Shown here one piece after another: positions 1 to 9,255 of a stretch of 64,000 nucleotides of DNA. Location of the stretch: contig CAWBCT010000005.1 in the NCBI GenBank assembly GCA_963787445.1, positions 544,001-608,000 on the forward strand, in the 5' to 3' direction. Position 1 is the first letter of the stretch. Every line of letters begins with the position of its first letter. Origin of the DNA: an uncultured archaeon. Its GTDB lineage: Archaea > Micrarchaeota > Micrarchaeia > Micrarchaeales > CABMGC01. A program made the translations under genes and the position numbers. The notes under the pieces were generated by a model that worked only from the letters and a program-made list of their open reading frames with translations, had not been told where the DNA came from and searched no databases.

Positions 1-823
1 TATCGCAAGCCAGAAATGGTGCGAAAAGCAGATGGAACTGTACATGAAGGTTCCGTACAGCACGCCAGCCATGCAAAGCGGCGCCGCTGTGCACACAACA
101 ATGCAGGAAAAGGTCTACGTGAAGCTGGTCGCAGAACCGGTCACGTGGCAGGACAGGCAGTACAAGTGGGCCTACGAGAACTACGCCGGCCTCTCAAAGA
201 TGTCCGATGACAGGTACTGCAGGGAGATAAGGATCTACGGCTCGATAGACGGGTTCAAGATCTCCGGGCAGATAGACGAGCTTCTTCTTAGTGACGGAAA
301 GGTAATGATTGCAGAGGACAAAACCATACTCGGCGAGCCGGGCAAGGTCAGCCTCAGGTTTGAGTCAGACAAGGTCCAGTCTTTCATATACAAGCGGCTT
401 GTGGATGACATCAGGGAGGGCAGATATACCTACGCGACCTTTGCAAAGCAGCATGACATACTCGGCAGATCCCTCTCGCCAGCATTCAAGAAAGCGATTA
501 ACGAACTTGGAGTGAAGCCAGAGCTGCAGACGCTTGAAGGCATATACACCAAACTCTTCGAAAAACTGGTTTCTCTTCCCGAAACGAGCGACAAGATAGA
601 ACTGAGGTATCTTGACCGCGACTCAAAGGAACTTCTGACCGATCTGTACCTTCCATTTGAGTCGAAACAACTTGAAGAGTACCTAAACGACGCGATGAAA
701 TACTGGCACGGTGAGAGAGAAGCACAGCCAGTTCCTGAAAAGGAACAGTGGAAGTGCAAGATGTGCAAATTCTTCGGCAAGGAGTGCAAAGTCTGGTGGA
801 CAGAGCCGCAGAAAAGCCTCTGA
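1..823 (+). CDS. Exonuclease V (Exo5)/Cas4-like PD-(D/E)XK nuclease with Fe-S cysteines, 5'-truncated by window edge
   Basis: Frame is open from base 2 (IASQKWCEKQMEL...), so the gene starts upstream of the ATG at 32. Motifs: W-C-E-x-Q, G...VH, ISGQIDEL, AEDKT and C-terminal KCKMCKFFGKEC (1+3 Cys pattern of Cas4/AddB/Exo5). Confidence 0.75.
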   Translation, partial: IASQKWCEKQMELYMKVPYSTPAMQSGAAVHTTMQEKVYVKLVAEPVTWQDRQYKWAYENYAGLSKMSDDRYCREIRIYGSIDGFKISGQIDELLLSDGKVMIAEDKTILGEPGKVSLRFESDKVQSFIYKRLVDDIREGRYTYATFAKQHDILGRSLSPAFKKAINELGVKPELQTLEGIYTKLFEKLVSLPETSDKIELRYLDRDSKELLTDLYLPFESKQLEEYLNDAMKYWHGEREAQPVPEKEQWKCKMCKFFGKECKVWWTEPQKSL

Positions 824-875
824 CATCATCTTTAATATATCCTGCTAAATATACTAAAAATGACACGGTGCAATT

Positions 876-3554
876 ATGCTTAAGGGAGTCTCACTCAACA
901 AAAAAGAGCTGAGAAAGGAGTTTGCCAAGGACTACAAATCTTATTATACTACTAGCGTGTTTGAGAATGAAGGCTTCAAGCGGCATGTGTGCAAGGCCTG
1001 CGGAAAGGGCTTCTGGAGCATAATGGACAGGGAGATCTGCGACGACTCGGAGCACACGCCCTACTCATTTTTCAAGGAGAAGCCGAAGCAGATGGGCTAC
1101 GTTGAGCTCTGGAGGAAGTTCTCCAAGTTCTTCGAGGAGAACGGTCATGCCTCAATACCGCGCTATCCTGTGGTGAGTAGATGGCGCCAGGATCTTTACT
1201 TCACGATTGCCAGCATACAGGACTTCCAGCGTCTAGAGAATGGCGCGATGAACTTCGAGTACAGCGCAAATCCTCTGGTTGTTCCGCAGATCTGCCTAAG
1301 GTTTCCAGATATTGAGAACGTCGGGGTGACGGGCAGGCACCTCACAAGCTTCATGATGGCCGGGCAGCACGCATTTAACTATCCCAAGGAGGGCTACTGG
1401 ATCGACAAGACGATTGACCTGAACTACCGATTCCTTACCGAGCACCTCGGCGTGAAGAAGGAGAAGCTGATTTACAATGAAGACGTATGGGCGATGGGTG
1501 ACTTCTCCGAGTTCGGGCCCTCCCTTGAGTCCTTCTCCGGCGGCGTAGAGCTCGCAAACAGCGTTTTCACCCAGTTCGAAAGCGTAAACGGCCAGGTCCA
1601 CGAGCTTCCGGGCAAGGTTGTGGACGTAGGCTGGGGCTTCGAAAGACTACTCTGGTTCTACACCGGCCATGACAACATATACGAGGCCGTATTCAGCGAC
1701 GCCATCTCGAAGATCAGGAAGAAGCTGCCTTTCGAGCTTGAGACCAAGCTGTTCCACACCTTTGCGGAGTACGCAGGCGAACTTGACGTGACAGAGACAG
1801 ACACCTACAAGGAGAAGCTCCACGCCGCGCTCAAGAAGGCGGGGATTAGCGAGAAGGAGTACGCAATCAAGATAAAGCCGATGCAGGCATTCTACGCAAC
1901 GCTCGACCATACGCGCACACTGCTTTTTGCAATGGCGGACGGTGCGCTGCCTTCAAACATGGGCGGCGGATACAACCTGCGCGTGATACTCCGCAGGGCA
2001 CTGGGTTTCATAGGCGAGCACAACCTCGGAATCGACATGATGGAGATTGCGGAGCTGCAGGCCTCAGAGCTGAAGGGACTTTATCCTGAACTGAAGCAGA
2101 ATCTGGACATACTCTCGAAGGTCATAGACGTCGAGTCAAAGCGCTACACCAAGACCATCGAGAACTCAAGCAAGATGATAAACACACTGCTTCACAAGAG
2201 CCAGCAGATAAGCAAGCAGGAGCTGCGCACACTCTACGAGAGCCATGGAGTAACGCCTGAATTGATTGCATCTGTTGCAGCAAAAGAAAATCTCAAGATA
2301 ACACTGCCCGACGGTGCCTATGGGGGAATAATGAAAGGCGACTTCGCAGCCAAGGAGAAGGTGAAGAAGCTAGACCTTGAGATAAAGGAGAAGTTGCCAG
2401 GCACGGAACAGCTTTACTACGCTTTCGAGTCCGAGTCAAACTCGAAAGTGCTCTATGTCAACGACAAGTACGTTGTCCTTGACCGAACGCCATTTTATCC
2501 TGAAGGGGGAGGGCAGGCAGCCGATCATGGCACGATAAACGACCAGGAAGTAGTCGATGTTCAGAAGTTGGGCAACCTCATAGTCCACGTCATGAAAGTC
2601 TCGCCGAACAGCTCCATCACAAAAGGCTGGGTCGGAAAATGCAAGGTTGATACCGACAGGAGGGACAGACTGATGGCCCACCACACTGCGACACACCTGA
2701 TAAGCGCGGCTGCAAGATACGTTCTGGGCAAGCACGCATGGCAGGAGGGTGCGCACAAGGATGCGGACAAGGCGCACATTGACATTGCACACTTCGACAA
2801 GCTAAGCGACCAGGATGTCGACGCCATCGAGCATCATGCAAATCACCTTCTGCTCAAGGGGATAAACGTCGAAGTCAAGGAGATGGACCGCGGCGATGCC
2901 GAAAAGGATTATGGATTCAGCATCTATCAGGGCCACGGAGTTCCTGCAAAGCGCATGAGAATAGTAGTGATAACCGGAAAGGATGGCAAGCTGATAGACG
3001 CGGAGGCCTGCGGTGGGATGCACGTGGTCGCAAGGGAGAGCGGCATCGGCCTGATAAAGATAATCAACAGCTCAAGAATACACGACGGCGTCGACAGGAT
3101 AGAGTTCGTTGCCGGAAAGGCGGCCCTGGATTACTTCCAGAAAGAGCACAAGGAGCTTACGCTAGACGGAGAACTCACCAATGGGGATAGATTTGATGTC
3201 CACTCAAAGATAGAAAAACTGCGCTCAGATTACTCACAGCTTAACAAGTCTGTTCAAGAGAAAGATGAGCTACTGGCGCGCGTAATCGCCGGTGAATTAA
3301 TTGCCGAAGCCGGCAAGTCCACCGAGTTCAAGGTCGAAAGGAGCGAAGATCGTGCTGTACTTCGCAAGGCGCTCTCAATAGCAGTTCAAGAAAAACCGCA
3401 CCTGACAATCCTGGCTCACAACAAGAAAGGCGAGGTTGTGTGTATGTCTGGCACTTCTTCCAAGGTTAGCGCAATAGAGTTTGTTAAGAAGACTCTCGGC
3501 AAGGACTTCAAAGGCGGAGGCTCCAAGGTCATCGCAGAGGGAATAAGCAAGTAG
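876..3554 (+). CDS. alaS: Alanine--tRNA ligase, archaeal type
   Basis: N-terminal CKAC zinc motif, YPVVSRWRQDLYFTIASIQDFQ, VDVGWGFER, editing-domain HHTATH and EACGGMH, C-terminal DHHA1 GGG. TATA-like tttaatata at ~831-839. Confidence 0.97.
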   Translation: MLKGVSLNKKELRKEFAKDYKSYYTTSVFENEGFKRHVCKACGKGFWSIMDREICDDSEHTPYSFFKEKPKQMGYVELWRKFSKFFEENGHASIPRYPVVSRWRQDLYFTIASIQDFQRLENGAMNFEYSANPLVVPQICLRFPDIENVGVTGRHLTSFMMAGQHAFNYPKEGYWIDKTIDLNYRFLTEHLGVKKEKLIYNEDVWAMGDFSEFGPSLESFSGGVELANSVFTQFESVNGQVHELPGKVVDVGWGFERLLWFYTGHDNIYEAVFSDAISKIRKKLPFELETKLFHTFAEYAGELDVTETDTYKEKLHAALKKAGISEKEYAIKIKPMQAFYATLDHTRTLLFAMADGALPSNMGGGYNLRVILRRALGFIGEHNLGIDMMEIAELQASELKGLYPELKQNLDILSKVIDVESKRYTKTIENSSKMINTLLHKSQQISKQELRTLYESHGVTPELIASVAAKENLKITLPDGAYGGIMKGDFAAKEKVKKLDLEIKEKLPGTEQLYYAFESESNSKVLYVNDKYVVLDRTPFYPEGGGQAADHGTINDQEVVDVQKLGNLIVHVMKVSPNSSITKGWVGKCKVDTDRRDRLMAHHTATHLISAAARYVLGKHAWQEGAHKDADKAHIDIAHFDKLSDQDVDAIEHHANHLLLKGINVEVKEMDRGDAEKDYGFSIYQGHGVPAKRMRIVVITGKDGKLIDAEACGGMHVVARESGIGLIKIINSSRIHDGVDRIEFVAGKAALDYFQKEHKELTLDGELTNGDRFDVHSKIEKLRSDYSQLNKSVQEKDELLARVIAGELIAEAGKSTEFKVERSEDRAVLRKALSIAVQEKPHLTILAHNKKGEVVCMSGTSSKVSAIEFVKKTLGKDFKGGGSKVIAEGISK

Positions 3555-3562
3555 TTGATTGA

Positions 3563-4075
3563 TTGGACTTTTACGCTATTCTTTTTTCAGTAATAATCTT
3601 TCCCATAATCTACATCTTTCCTGCCTATGTCGCCAACGGGGCGCCTGTGATCTTCGGTGGGGGAACTCCTGTAGACTTCAACCGGAAGTTCAGGGGCAAA
3701 CCGATATTCGGCAAGCACAAGACGATGCGAGGGCTTGTATTCGGAATAGCTTCGGGAGTAGTGATAGGTGCTGCAGAGTCTCTAGCCCCAGGATATTCTT
3801 ACATGCTAATAATAGGGGTAGCTCTAAGCATAGGCACCCTCTTCGGCGACATGGTCGGCAGCTTCATCAAGCGCCGCCTGGGCCACAAGGAGGGCGCCAA
3901 CATCTTCCTCATGGACCAGTACCTATTCCTGGTATTTGCGCTGCTTTTTGCCTACCCCCTTGGCAACTTTCCTAGCATCTACGGCATACTCTTCATAGTT
4001 GCCCTGACTGGGGTGCTGCATGTAGCCACAAACCGCCTGGCCCACAAGGCCAAGATAAAGGAAGTGCCCTGGTAG
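3563..4075 (+). CDS. carS: CDP-archaeol synthase (DUF46)
   Basis: AYVANGAPV, TPVDF, IFGKHKT.RG, GDMVGSFIKRRLG and DQ motifs; multi-TM; TTG start. Confidence 0.9.
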   Translation: MDFYAILFSVIIFPIIYIFPAYVANGAPVIFGGGTPVDFNRKFRGKPIFGKHKTMRGLVFGIASGVVIGAAESLAPGYSYMLIIGVALSIGTLFGDMVGSFIKRRLGHKEGANIFLMDQYLFLVFALLFAYPLGNFPSIYGILFIVALTGVLHVATNRLAHKAKIKEVPW

Positions 4076-4151
4076 ATAGAATAACATCGGCGCTTTGAAG
4101 AAAGGAATATATACCTTTCAGGGCAATCTATACCTACAAACAGTTAGTGGT

Positions 4152-4451
4152 ATGGAGTACAATAATCAGAATATTGTTCTCCATGAGCTGATTGGCCTCA
4201 AGGCAAGGGTCTTAAAGTCCCTTGACAAGAAGCAACGTGGCGTCTCCGGCATAGTTGTCGATGAGACGAAGAACACCCTCGTGCTTGAGACACGGGAAGG
4301 CAAAAAGTCGGTAATAAAGAAAACTTCGATTTTCAGGTTTTACGCCGGCAAAAATGCCTTCAACGTCGATGGCAGAGAGATAAGCTTCAGGCCGTATGAG
4401 CGCATTGAGAAAGGTCTCAAGTACTACAGGAAAAGAGCTACGCTGTGCTAA
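4152..4451 (+). CDS. rnp1: Ribonuclease P protein component 1 (Rpp29/Pop4)
   Basis: HELIGL.A.V, G.VVDETKNTL, RPYERI; usual position before S17; ATG at 4152 preferred over TTG at 4095. Confidence 0.93.
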   Translation: MEYNNQNIVLHELIGLKARVLKSLDKKQRGVSGIVVDETKNTLVLETREGKKSVIKKTSIFRFYAGKNAFNVDGREISFRPYERIEKGLKYYRKRATLC

Positions 4452-4759
4452 AACAGCCATATAACGGTGCGAATGTGGAATGCAAGGATGTGAAATGCCC
4501 TATTCATGGCGCTCTCTCGACGAGAGGAGCCAAGCTTTCGGGCAAGGTGGTCAGCGCCCGCGCAAAGAAGACCGCCATAGTCGAGATCGACTACACCCGT
4601 TTTATCTACAAATACGAACGTTACCTGAGGAAGCGTTCACGTATTCCTGCCTACAACCCTGAGTGCATCAGCGCCAAGGAAGGAGACCTGGTCAACATCG
4701 AGGAGACAAGGCGTCTGAGCAAGACGAAGTCCTTCGTGGTGACCGGCCTGGTGAAGTGA
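4445..4759 (+). CDS. rps17: 30S ribosomal protein uS17
   Basis: C.D..CP.HG, KYERY.RKRSRIPAYNP, ETRRLSKTKSFVV. Confidence 0.96.
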   Translation: MLKQPYNGANVECKDVKCPIHGALSTRGAKLSGKVVSARAKKTAIVEIDYTRFIYKYERYLRKRSRIPAYNPECISAKEGDLVNIEETRRLSKTKSFVVTGLVK

Positions 4760-4763
4760 TATT

Positions 4764-5168
4764 ATGCGAGGAATCCCGTCAAGAACAATGAAAACGCTCG
4801 TCCCGGGCGCAGTGCTAGTGTGCGCGGACAACAGCGGGGCCTACGAATTCCGCATGATACACATAATCGGCAAGGGAGGCGGCGGACGTCACGGAAAGCT
4901 CGCCGCAGCCGGCATCGGAGACATTATTTCAGCAAGCGTCCGAAAGGGCACTGCAACATACCTGAAGAAGCCTGTACGCGTAGTCGTTGTCAGGCAGAGA
5001 GCGGCACTCAGACGTGCAAACGGGATGAGGATCCGCTTCGAGGACAATGCAGGAATCATGATAACAGACGAGAACCTGCCCATCGGCACAGAGGTAAAGG
5101 GTGCGATAGCGCGCGAGGTAGTCGAGCGCTTCGTGAAGGTCGCGGGAATCGCGGCCAGGATTGTGTGA
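4764..5168 (+). CDS. rpl14: 50S ribosomal protein uL14
   Basis: CADNSGA, AAGIGD, RRANGMRIRFEDNA, KGAIARE. Confidence 0.96.
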   Translation: MRGIPSRTMKTLVPGAVLVCADNSGAYEFRMIHIIGKGGGGRHGKLAAAGIGDIISASVRKGTATYLKKPVRVVVVRQRAALRRANGMRIRFEDNAGIMITDENLPIGTEVKGAIAREVVERFVKVAGIAARIV

Positions 5169-5173
5169 TATTT

Positions 5174-5539
5174 ATGCTGCAGAGCGCGCAAAGGAGGAAG
5201 CAGAGGCTGTACAGGTTCACTGCCCCTATGCACGTTCGCCAGAAGTTCACCCATTCCCATATTTCAAAGGATCTTGCCAAGAAGCTAGGCATAAAGAGGA
5301 GGAGCGCGCAGACGCACAAGGGCGACACGGTCATCGTGATGGCCGGCGCAAACAAGGGCAAGACCGGAAAGATAAATCTGGTAAACACAAGGACAGGAAT
5401 CATATTCATTGACGGGATAATGCGCAAGAACGCGAAGGGCAAGGAGCAGCCCATCCCGATAAAGGCTTCAGCAGTTTACATAACCGAGATGGACCTGGCG
5501 GACAAGTACCGCAAGGAGAAGCTCGGAATAAAGTCCTGA
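5174..5539 (+). CDS. rpl24: 50S ribosomal protein uL24
   Basis: RKQR...APMHVR, KGDTV.VMAG..KGK.GKI (KOW); start at ATG 5174, not the 4820 extension. Confidence 0.95.
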   Translation: MLQSAQRRKQRLYRFTAPMHVRQKFTHSHISKDLAKKLGIKRRSAQTHKGDTVIVMAGANKGKTGKINLVNTRTGIIFIDGIMRKNAKGKEQPIPIKASAVYITEMDLADKYRKEKLGIKS

Positions 5540-5543
5540 TACC

Positions 5544-6215
5544 ATGGCAAACAAAGGAGGAAGAAGGCACATCTTGAGGCTCGCTTCGAGCAAGTACATG
5601 AAGCTAGCCAGGAAGTCCGCGCCCTACGTGATGAAGCCCAAGCCGGGCCGCCACACCCTAGACTCAAGCATCTCCATTTCAACAGTCCTGAGAGAAAAGC
5701 TCCACGTCGCCCAGAACCTCCGAGAGGCGGAACTCATGATGCGCGCCGGCTCTGTCAAGGTAAACGGCAAGGTGATCAAGTCAGCCAACTACCCTGTCGG
5801 GTTCGGAGACGCAATAGAGCTCGTCCCAACCAAGGAGCAGTATCACGTTTCAGTGATGAAGGCGGGCGCATTCGCCCTCACGAAGAGCAAGGAGCACCAG
5901 CACTTCAAGATAATCAGAAAGTATGTCACAAAGGGAAGCAAACTTATGATCCAGCTGCATGACGGCACCGTGCTTCCGGGCACCAAGGAGATGCGCGTGA
6001 ACGACACGGTGAGCCTGAAGTCGGGCAAGGCCGAGCACGTGATCCACATGGAGAACGGCAAGGAGTGCTTCGTCATGAAGGGAACCCACGCTTCAGAAAC
6101 AGGAACAATCAAGCAGATAAACCTCGGAACATCGCAGAAGTCGGCTCTCGTTAAAATCGAGGGCAGCTCTGGTGAGTTCGAGACGCTGCTCGATAACATA
6201 ATGGTTGTTGGTTAA
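5544..6215 (+). CDS. rps4e: 30S ribosomal protein eS4 (S4e)
   Basis: KPKPGRH, V.VNGKV, YPVGFGD, QLHDG, C.VMKG.HA; operon position. Confidence 0.96.
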   Translation: MANKGGRRHILRLASSKYMKLARKSAPYVMKPKPGRHTLDSSISISTVLREKLHVAQNLREAELMMRAGSVKVNGKVIKSANYPVGFGDAIELVPTKEQYHVSVMKAGAFALTKSKEHQHFKIIRKYVTKGSKLMIQLHDGTVLPGTKEMRVNDTVSLKSGKAEHVIHMENGKECFVMKGTHASETGTIKQINLGTSQKSALVKIEGSSGEFETLLDNIMVVG

Positions 6216-6216
6216 A

Positions 6217-6732
6217 ATGGCAGATAATCCGATGCTTCAAATATATCTTGACAAGGTAGTCATCAACATAGGCATAGGCCAGAACGAGAACCAGCTCGAG
6301 AACGCAAAGGCGCTGATAAAGAAGCTGACAAACCGCGACGCCGGCACCACCGTGTCGAAGCGCAGGGACCCGGAACTCAAGCTGAGGAAGGGCCAGCACA
6401 TAGGCGCGGTCTCGACGCTGAGAAAGGACGAGGCAAAGGATCTGCTTAAGAGGGCTCTGGACGCAAACAACAACCTGATAACGAGAAATGCTATTGCGGG
6501 CAACTCTGTGAATTTCGGGGTAAAAGAGTACATCTACTTCACAGGAGTCAAGTACGATCCCAAGATCGGAATTCTCGGAATGAACATAAACGCCGCATTC
6601 GCCAGGAAGGGCGGACGAACAGCGCACAGGAAGCGCCGGGCGAGCACCCCGGGAGTGCACCACAGCAGGATAAAGCGCGAGGAGATCCTCAAGTACCTTG
6701 AGGACAACTTCAAGGTGAAGGTTCAGGAATAG
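6217..6732 (+). CDS. rpl5: 50S ribosomal protein uL5
   Basis: NPM...LDKVVINIGIG, GN.NFGVKEYI, KYDPKIGILGM. Confidence 0.96.
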   Translation: MADNPMLQIYLDKVVINIGIGQNENQLENAKALIKKLTNRDAGTTVSKRRDPELKLRKGQHIGAVSTLRKDEAKDLLKRALDANNNLITRNAIAGNSVNFGVKEYIYFTGVKYDPKIGILGMNINAAFARKGGRTAHRKRRASTPGVHHSRIKREEILKYLEDNFKVKVQE

Positions 6733-6740
6733 TGATATTT

Positions 6741-6896
6741 ATGCAGGTAAGTTTTGACGATAAACTCAAGGGCCGCGGCAACAGGAAGTGCAGGCTGTGC
6801 GGAACCTCCCGAGGGCTCATACGCAGCTACAACCTGAGAATATGCAGGCGCTGTTTCCGTGAGGCCGCGAGGGACCTGGGCTTCGAGAAGTATTAG
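6741..6896 (+). CDS. rps14: 30S ribosomal protein uS14 (Zn-binding), 51 aa, absent from ORF track
   Basis: Manual translation: MQVSFDDKLKGRGNRKCRLCGTSRGLIRSYNLRICRRCFREAARDLGFEKY; lies between L5 and S8. Confidence 0.96.
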   Translation: MQVSFDDKLKGRGNRKCRLCGTSRGLIRSYNLRICRRCFREAARDLGFEKY

Positions 6897-6904
6897 TGGT
6901 TATA

Positions 6905-7285
6905 ATGGACATTCTATCAGACGTATTGAACCAGATAAAGGTCGCCGAGATCTACGGTGCATATGAGTGCACGGTGCCGTCGACCAAGCTGATACGATCC
7001 GTGCTCGAGACCATGAAGAAGCACAAGTACATCGAGGACTTCACCCCGCTCAAGGAGGGCAAGTTCGACAAGCTGAAGGTAAAGCTTTCAAAGAAGATCA
7101 ACGACCTGGGCACAATCAAGCCTCGCTACGCCGTAGGGGCGCGCGATTTCACTAAGTTCGAGATGAGATACATCCCGAGCAAGGATTTCGGCATCCTGAT
7201 CGTCTCGACGCCCCAGGGCATAATGACGAACCACGAGGCCATGGCCGCGAAGACGGGCGGCAGGCTGATAGCCTACATGTACTGA
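6905..7285 (+). CDS. rps8: 30S ribosomal protein uS8
   Basis: D.LSD.L..IK.AE, INDLG.IKPR, LIVSTPQGIMT..EA, GGRLIAY. Confidence 0.96.
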   Translation: MDILSDVLNQIKVAEIYGAYECTVPSTKLIRSVLETMKKHKYIEDFTPLKEGKFDKLKVKLSKKINDLGTIKPRYAVGARDFTKFEMRYIPSKDFGILIVSTPQGIMTNHEAMAAKTGGRLIAYMY

Positions 7286-7294
7286 CTGATTAAC

Positions 7295-7819
7295 ATGCAC
7301 GAACTTACCATACCAACTGGTGTCCAGGTCGGAATCAACGAGAACGTTGTCTCCATCAAGGGCAAGCTTGGCTCCACCTCAAAGGCGTTCAACACGAGGC
7401 TGGTGGTAATCAAGATGGACGCAGGGAAGCTCTCCATAACCGAGGGGCCCAACAAGAAGCTGGTCAAGCGCGCAGGATACGCAACAAAGGCATTCGCTTC
7501 AGAGCTTCAGACCGCGATGGAAGGAGTCCAGGCGGGAATCACAAGAAAGATGGTAATATTCTACGCTCACTTCCCGATGACCATTGAGGTCAAGGGCAAG
7601 AAGATCTTCATAAAGAACATCTTCGGAGAGAAGACCGCGCGTGAAACCAGCATAGTCGGCGACACGACGGTAGAGATCAAGGGTGCAGACATCACCGTCA
7701 AGGGTGTGGACCGCTACGACGTGGGCCAGACCATCGGCAACATAAGGAAGGCATGCTTCGCAAGGGGCAACGACACGAGGGTGTTCCAGGACGGGGCATA
7801 CGTCGCAAAGGAGGAATAA
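7295..7819 (+). CDS. rpl6: 50S ribosomal protein uL6
   Basis: IP.GV.V, YAHFPM, KNIFGEK, VGQT, D.RVFQDG.Y. Confidence 0.96.
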   Translation: MHELTIPTGVQVGINENVVSIKGKLGSTSKAFNTRLVVIKMDAGKLSITEGPNKKLVKRAGYATKAFASELQTAMEGVQAGITRKMVIFYAHFPMTIEVKGKKIFIKNIFGEKTARETSIVGDTTVEIKGADITVKGVDRYDVGQTIGNIRKACFARGNDTRVFQDGAYVAKEE

Positions 7820-7820
7820 A

Positions 7821-8177
7821 ATGAACGTTAAAAGAAAGGTAAGGTTTGTAGTGCCCAATCTGGGTGCAAAGTCACGCAAGGGCGTCAAGGACAGATGGCG
7901 CCACCAGAGGGGCATCGACAACCACAAGCGCGAGAAGCGCGGCGGCTACGGCGAGATGCCACGAATAGGTTGGAAGAACACCCGCGAACAGCGCAACCTC
8001 GGAGCGGACGGGAGAGCGCGCATACTCGTACACAACCGGGCGGAGCTGATGGAAGCGGTAAAGATGCCCAATGTTTCAATAATATTCTCAAAGACGCTTT
8101 CAGCAAGGTCAAGAATTGCACTTCAGTCAGATGCGGACAAGCACGGCGCAAAGGTAGCCAATAGGGTGAAACAATGA
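7821..8177 (+). CDS. rpl32e: 50S ribosomal protein eL32
   Basis: WRHQRGIDN..R, MPRIGW, LVHN..EL; lies between L6 and L19e. Confidence 0.93.
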   Translation: MNVKRKVRFVVPNLGAKSRKGVKDRWRHQRGIDNHKREKRGGYGEMPRIGWKNTREQRNLGADGRARILVHNRAELMEAVKMPNVSIIFSKTLSARSRIALQSDADKHGAKVANRVKQ

Positions 8178-8671
8178 CGATTAAATTTGCAAGGCGCGTA
8201 GCAGCAGAGATCACAAAGAGGGGAGTGAACTCGATACGCATAGCGCCCACAAAGATGGAGGACGTCAAGAAGGCGATGACCCGGGACGACGTCCGCAAAC
8301 TGATCAAGGACGGATCCATAGTGGCGGTACTTCCAAAGCACAACGTCAGCCAGAACTCAAAGGACCTTAAGATAAGAAGGAGCAAGGGAAGGGGCAGAGG
8401 GCCCGGACACAGAAAGGGAACGTTCAAGGCCAGGCAGGGAGACACGCTCTGGATAAAGAAGGCGCGCTCGCAGAGGATGCTCCTGAAGAAGCTCCGCTCG
8501 ATGGGCAAGATAGACCGGCAGACCTTCAATTCATACTACATGAGGATAAAGGGAAACAGCTTCTCGGACAAGGCCTCCCTGCTTCTCCACCTGAAGGAGA
8601 ATGGGTTTGCGGTAAGCGAGGCGGAGCTTGCCGAGATAAAGGCGTTCGTGAAGGAGCAGTACAACAAGTGA
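8174..8671 (+). CDS. rpl19e: 50S ribosomal protein eL19
   Basis: RRVAA, A.TRDDVRKLIKDG, KGRGRGPGHRKG..KAR, Y...KGN.F. Confidence 0.96.
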   Translation: MTIKFARRVAAEITKRGVNSIRIAPTKMEDVKKAMTRDDVRKLIKDGSIVAVLPKHNVSQNSKDLKIRRSKGRGRGPGHRKGTFKARQGDTLWIKKARSQRMLLKKLRSMGKIDRQTFNSYYMRIKGNSFSDKASLLLHLKENGFAVSEAELAEIKAFVKEQYNK

Positions 8672-8675
8672 TGAT

Positions 8676-9245
8676 ATGGTAGTTAGAAAGAACATAGGAT
8701 TCAAGAGGCGACGCCAGGCGCTCACGAACTACCGCAAGAGGCTTGCACTGGTCAAGAGCAACGTCGAGAGGATTGCGCTCCGCAGGTCAAACAGGAGGAT
8801 AATCGCAGAGGTCATCAGGTACGAGCCAACAGGGGACAAGATAGTTGCCTATGTTGACTCAAACCAGCTCGCCGCATTCAGCTGGCCTGCGCGCAGCAAC
8901 CGCTCGACAGCCTACCTAACAGGACTTCTGCTCGCGAAGACGCTGGCGAAGAAGCAGCTGAACAGGAACGATTACATACTTGACATAGGATTGAGCTCAC
9001 CGGTGAAGAACTCGACGCCTTTCACCTTCGCAAAGGGGTGCATAGACGGCGGGATAAAGCTGCGCTCTGGGGTGGAGGTGGACGAGAAGGTCTACGGACT
9101 GGTCAGCGCCTACTCAACCCAGCTGAAGAAAGACGACGATGCAACCTACAAGAAGCAGTTCAGCGCTTACCTAAAGGACGGCATCGCGCCGGAGACGCTC
9201 GAGCATCTCTTTAAGCAGACCAAGGAAAAAATAATGAAGTCGTGA
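8676..9245 (+). CDS. rpl18: 50S ribosomal protein uL18
   Basis: RRRQALTNYRKRL, N.STAYLTGLL, ILDIGL, KGCIDGG. Confidence 0.95.
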   Translation: MVVRKNIGFKRRRQALTNYRKRLALVKSNVERIALRRSNRRIIAEVIRYEPTGDKIVAYVDSNQLAAFSWPARSNRSTAYLTGLLLAKTLAKKQLNRNDYILDIGLSSPVKNSTPFTFAKGCIDGGIKLRSGVEVDEKVYGLVSAYSTQLKKDDDATYKKQFSAYLKDGIAPETLEHLFKQTKEKIMKS

Positions 9246-9255
9246 TATTTTGGCA

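Noticed and set aside
1-823. Cas4-like gene as evidence for a CRISPR-Cas system
   Set aside because: No cas1/cas2 and no repeat-spacer array in the window; motifs fit a solo Exo5-like nuclease.
4820-5173. Long N-terminal extension of uL24 in the ORF track
   Set aside because: It overlaps rpl14 in another frame; the true start is ATG 5174 after a GTGA SD-like site.
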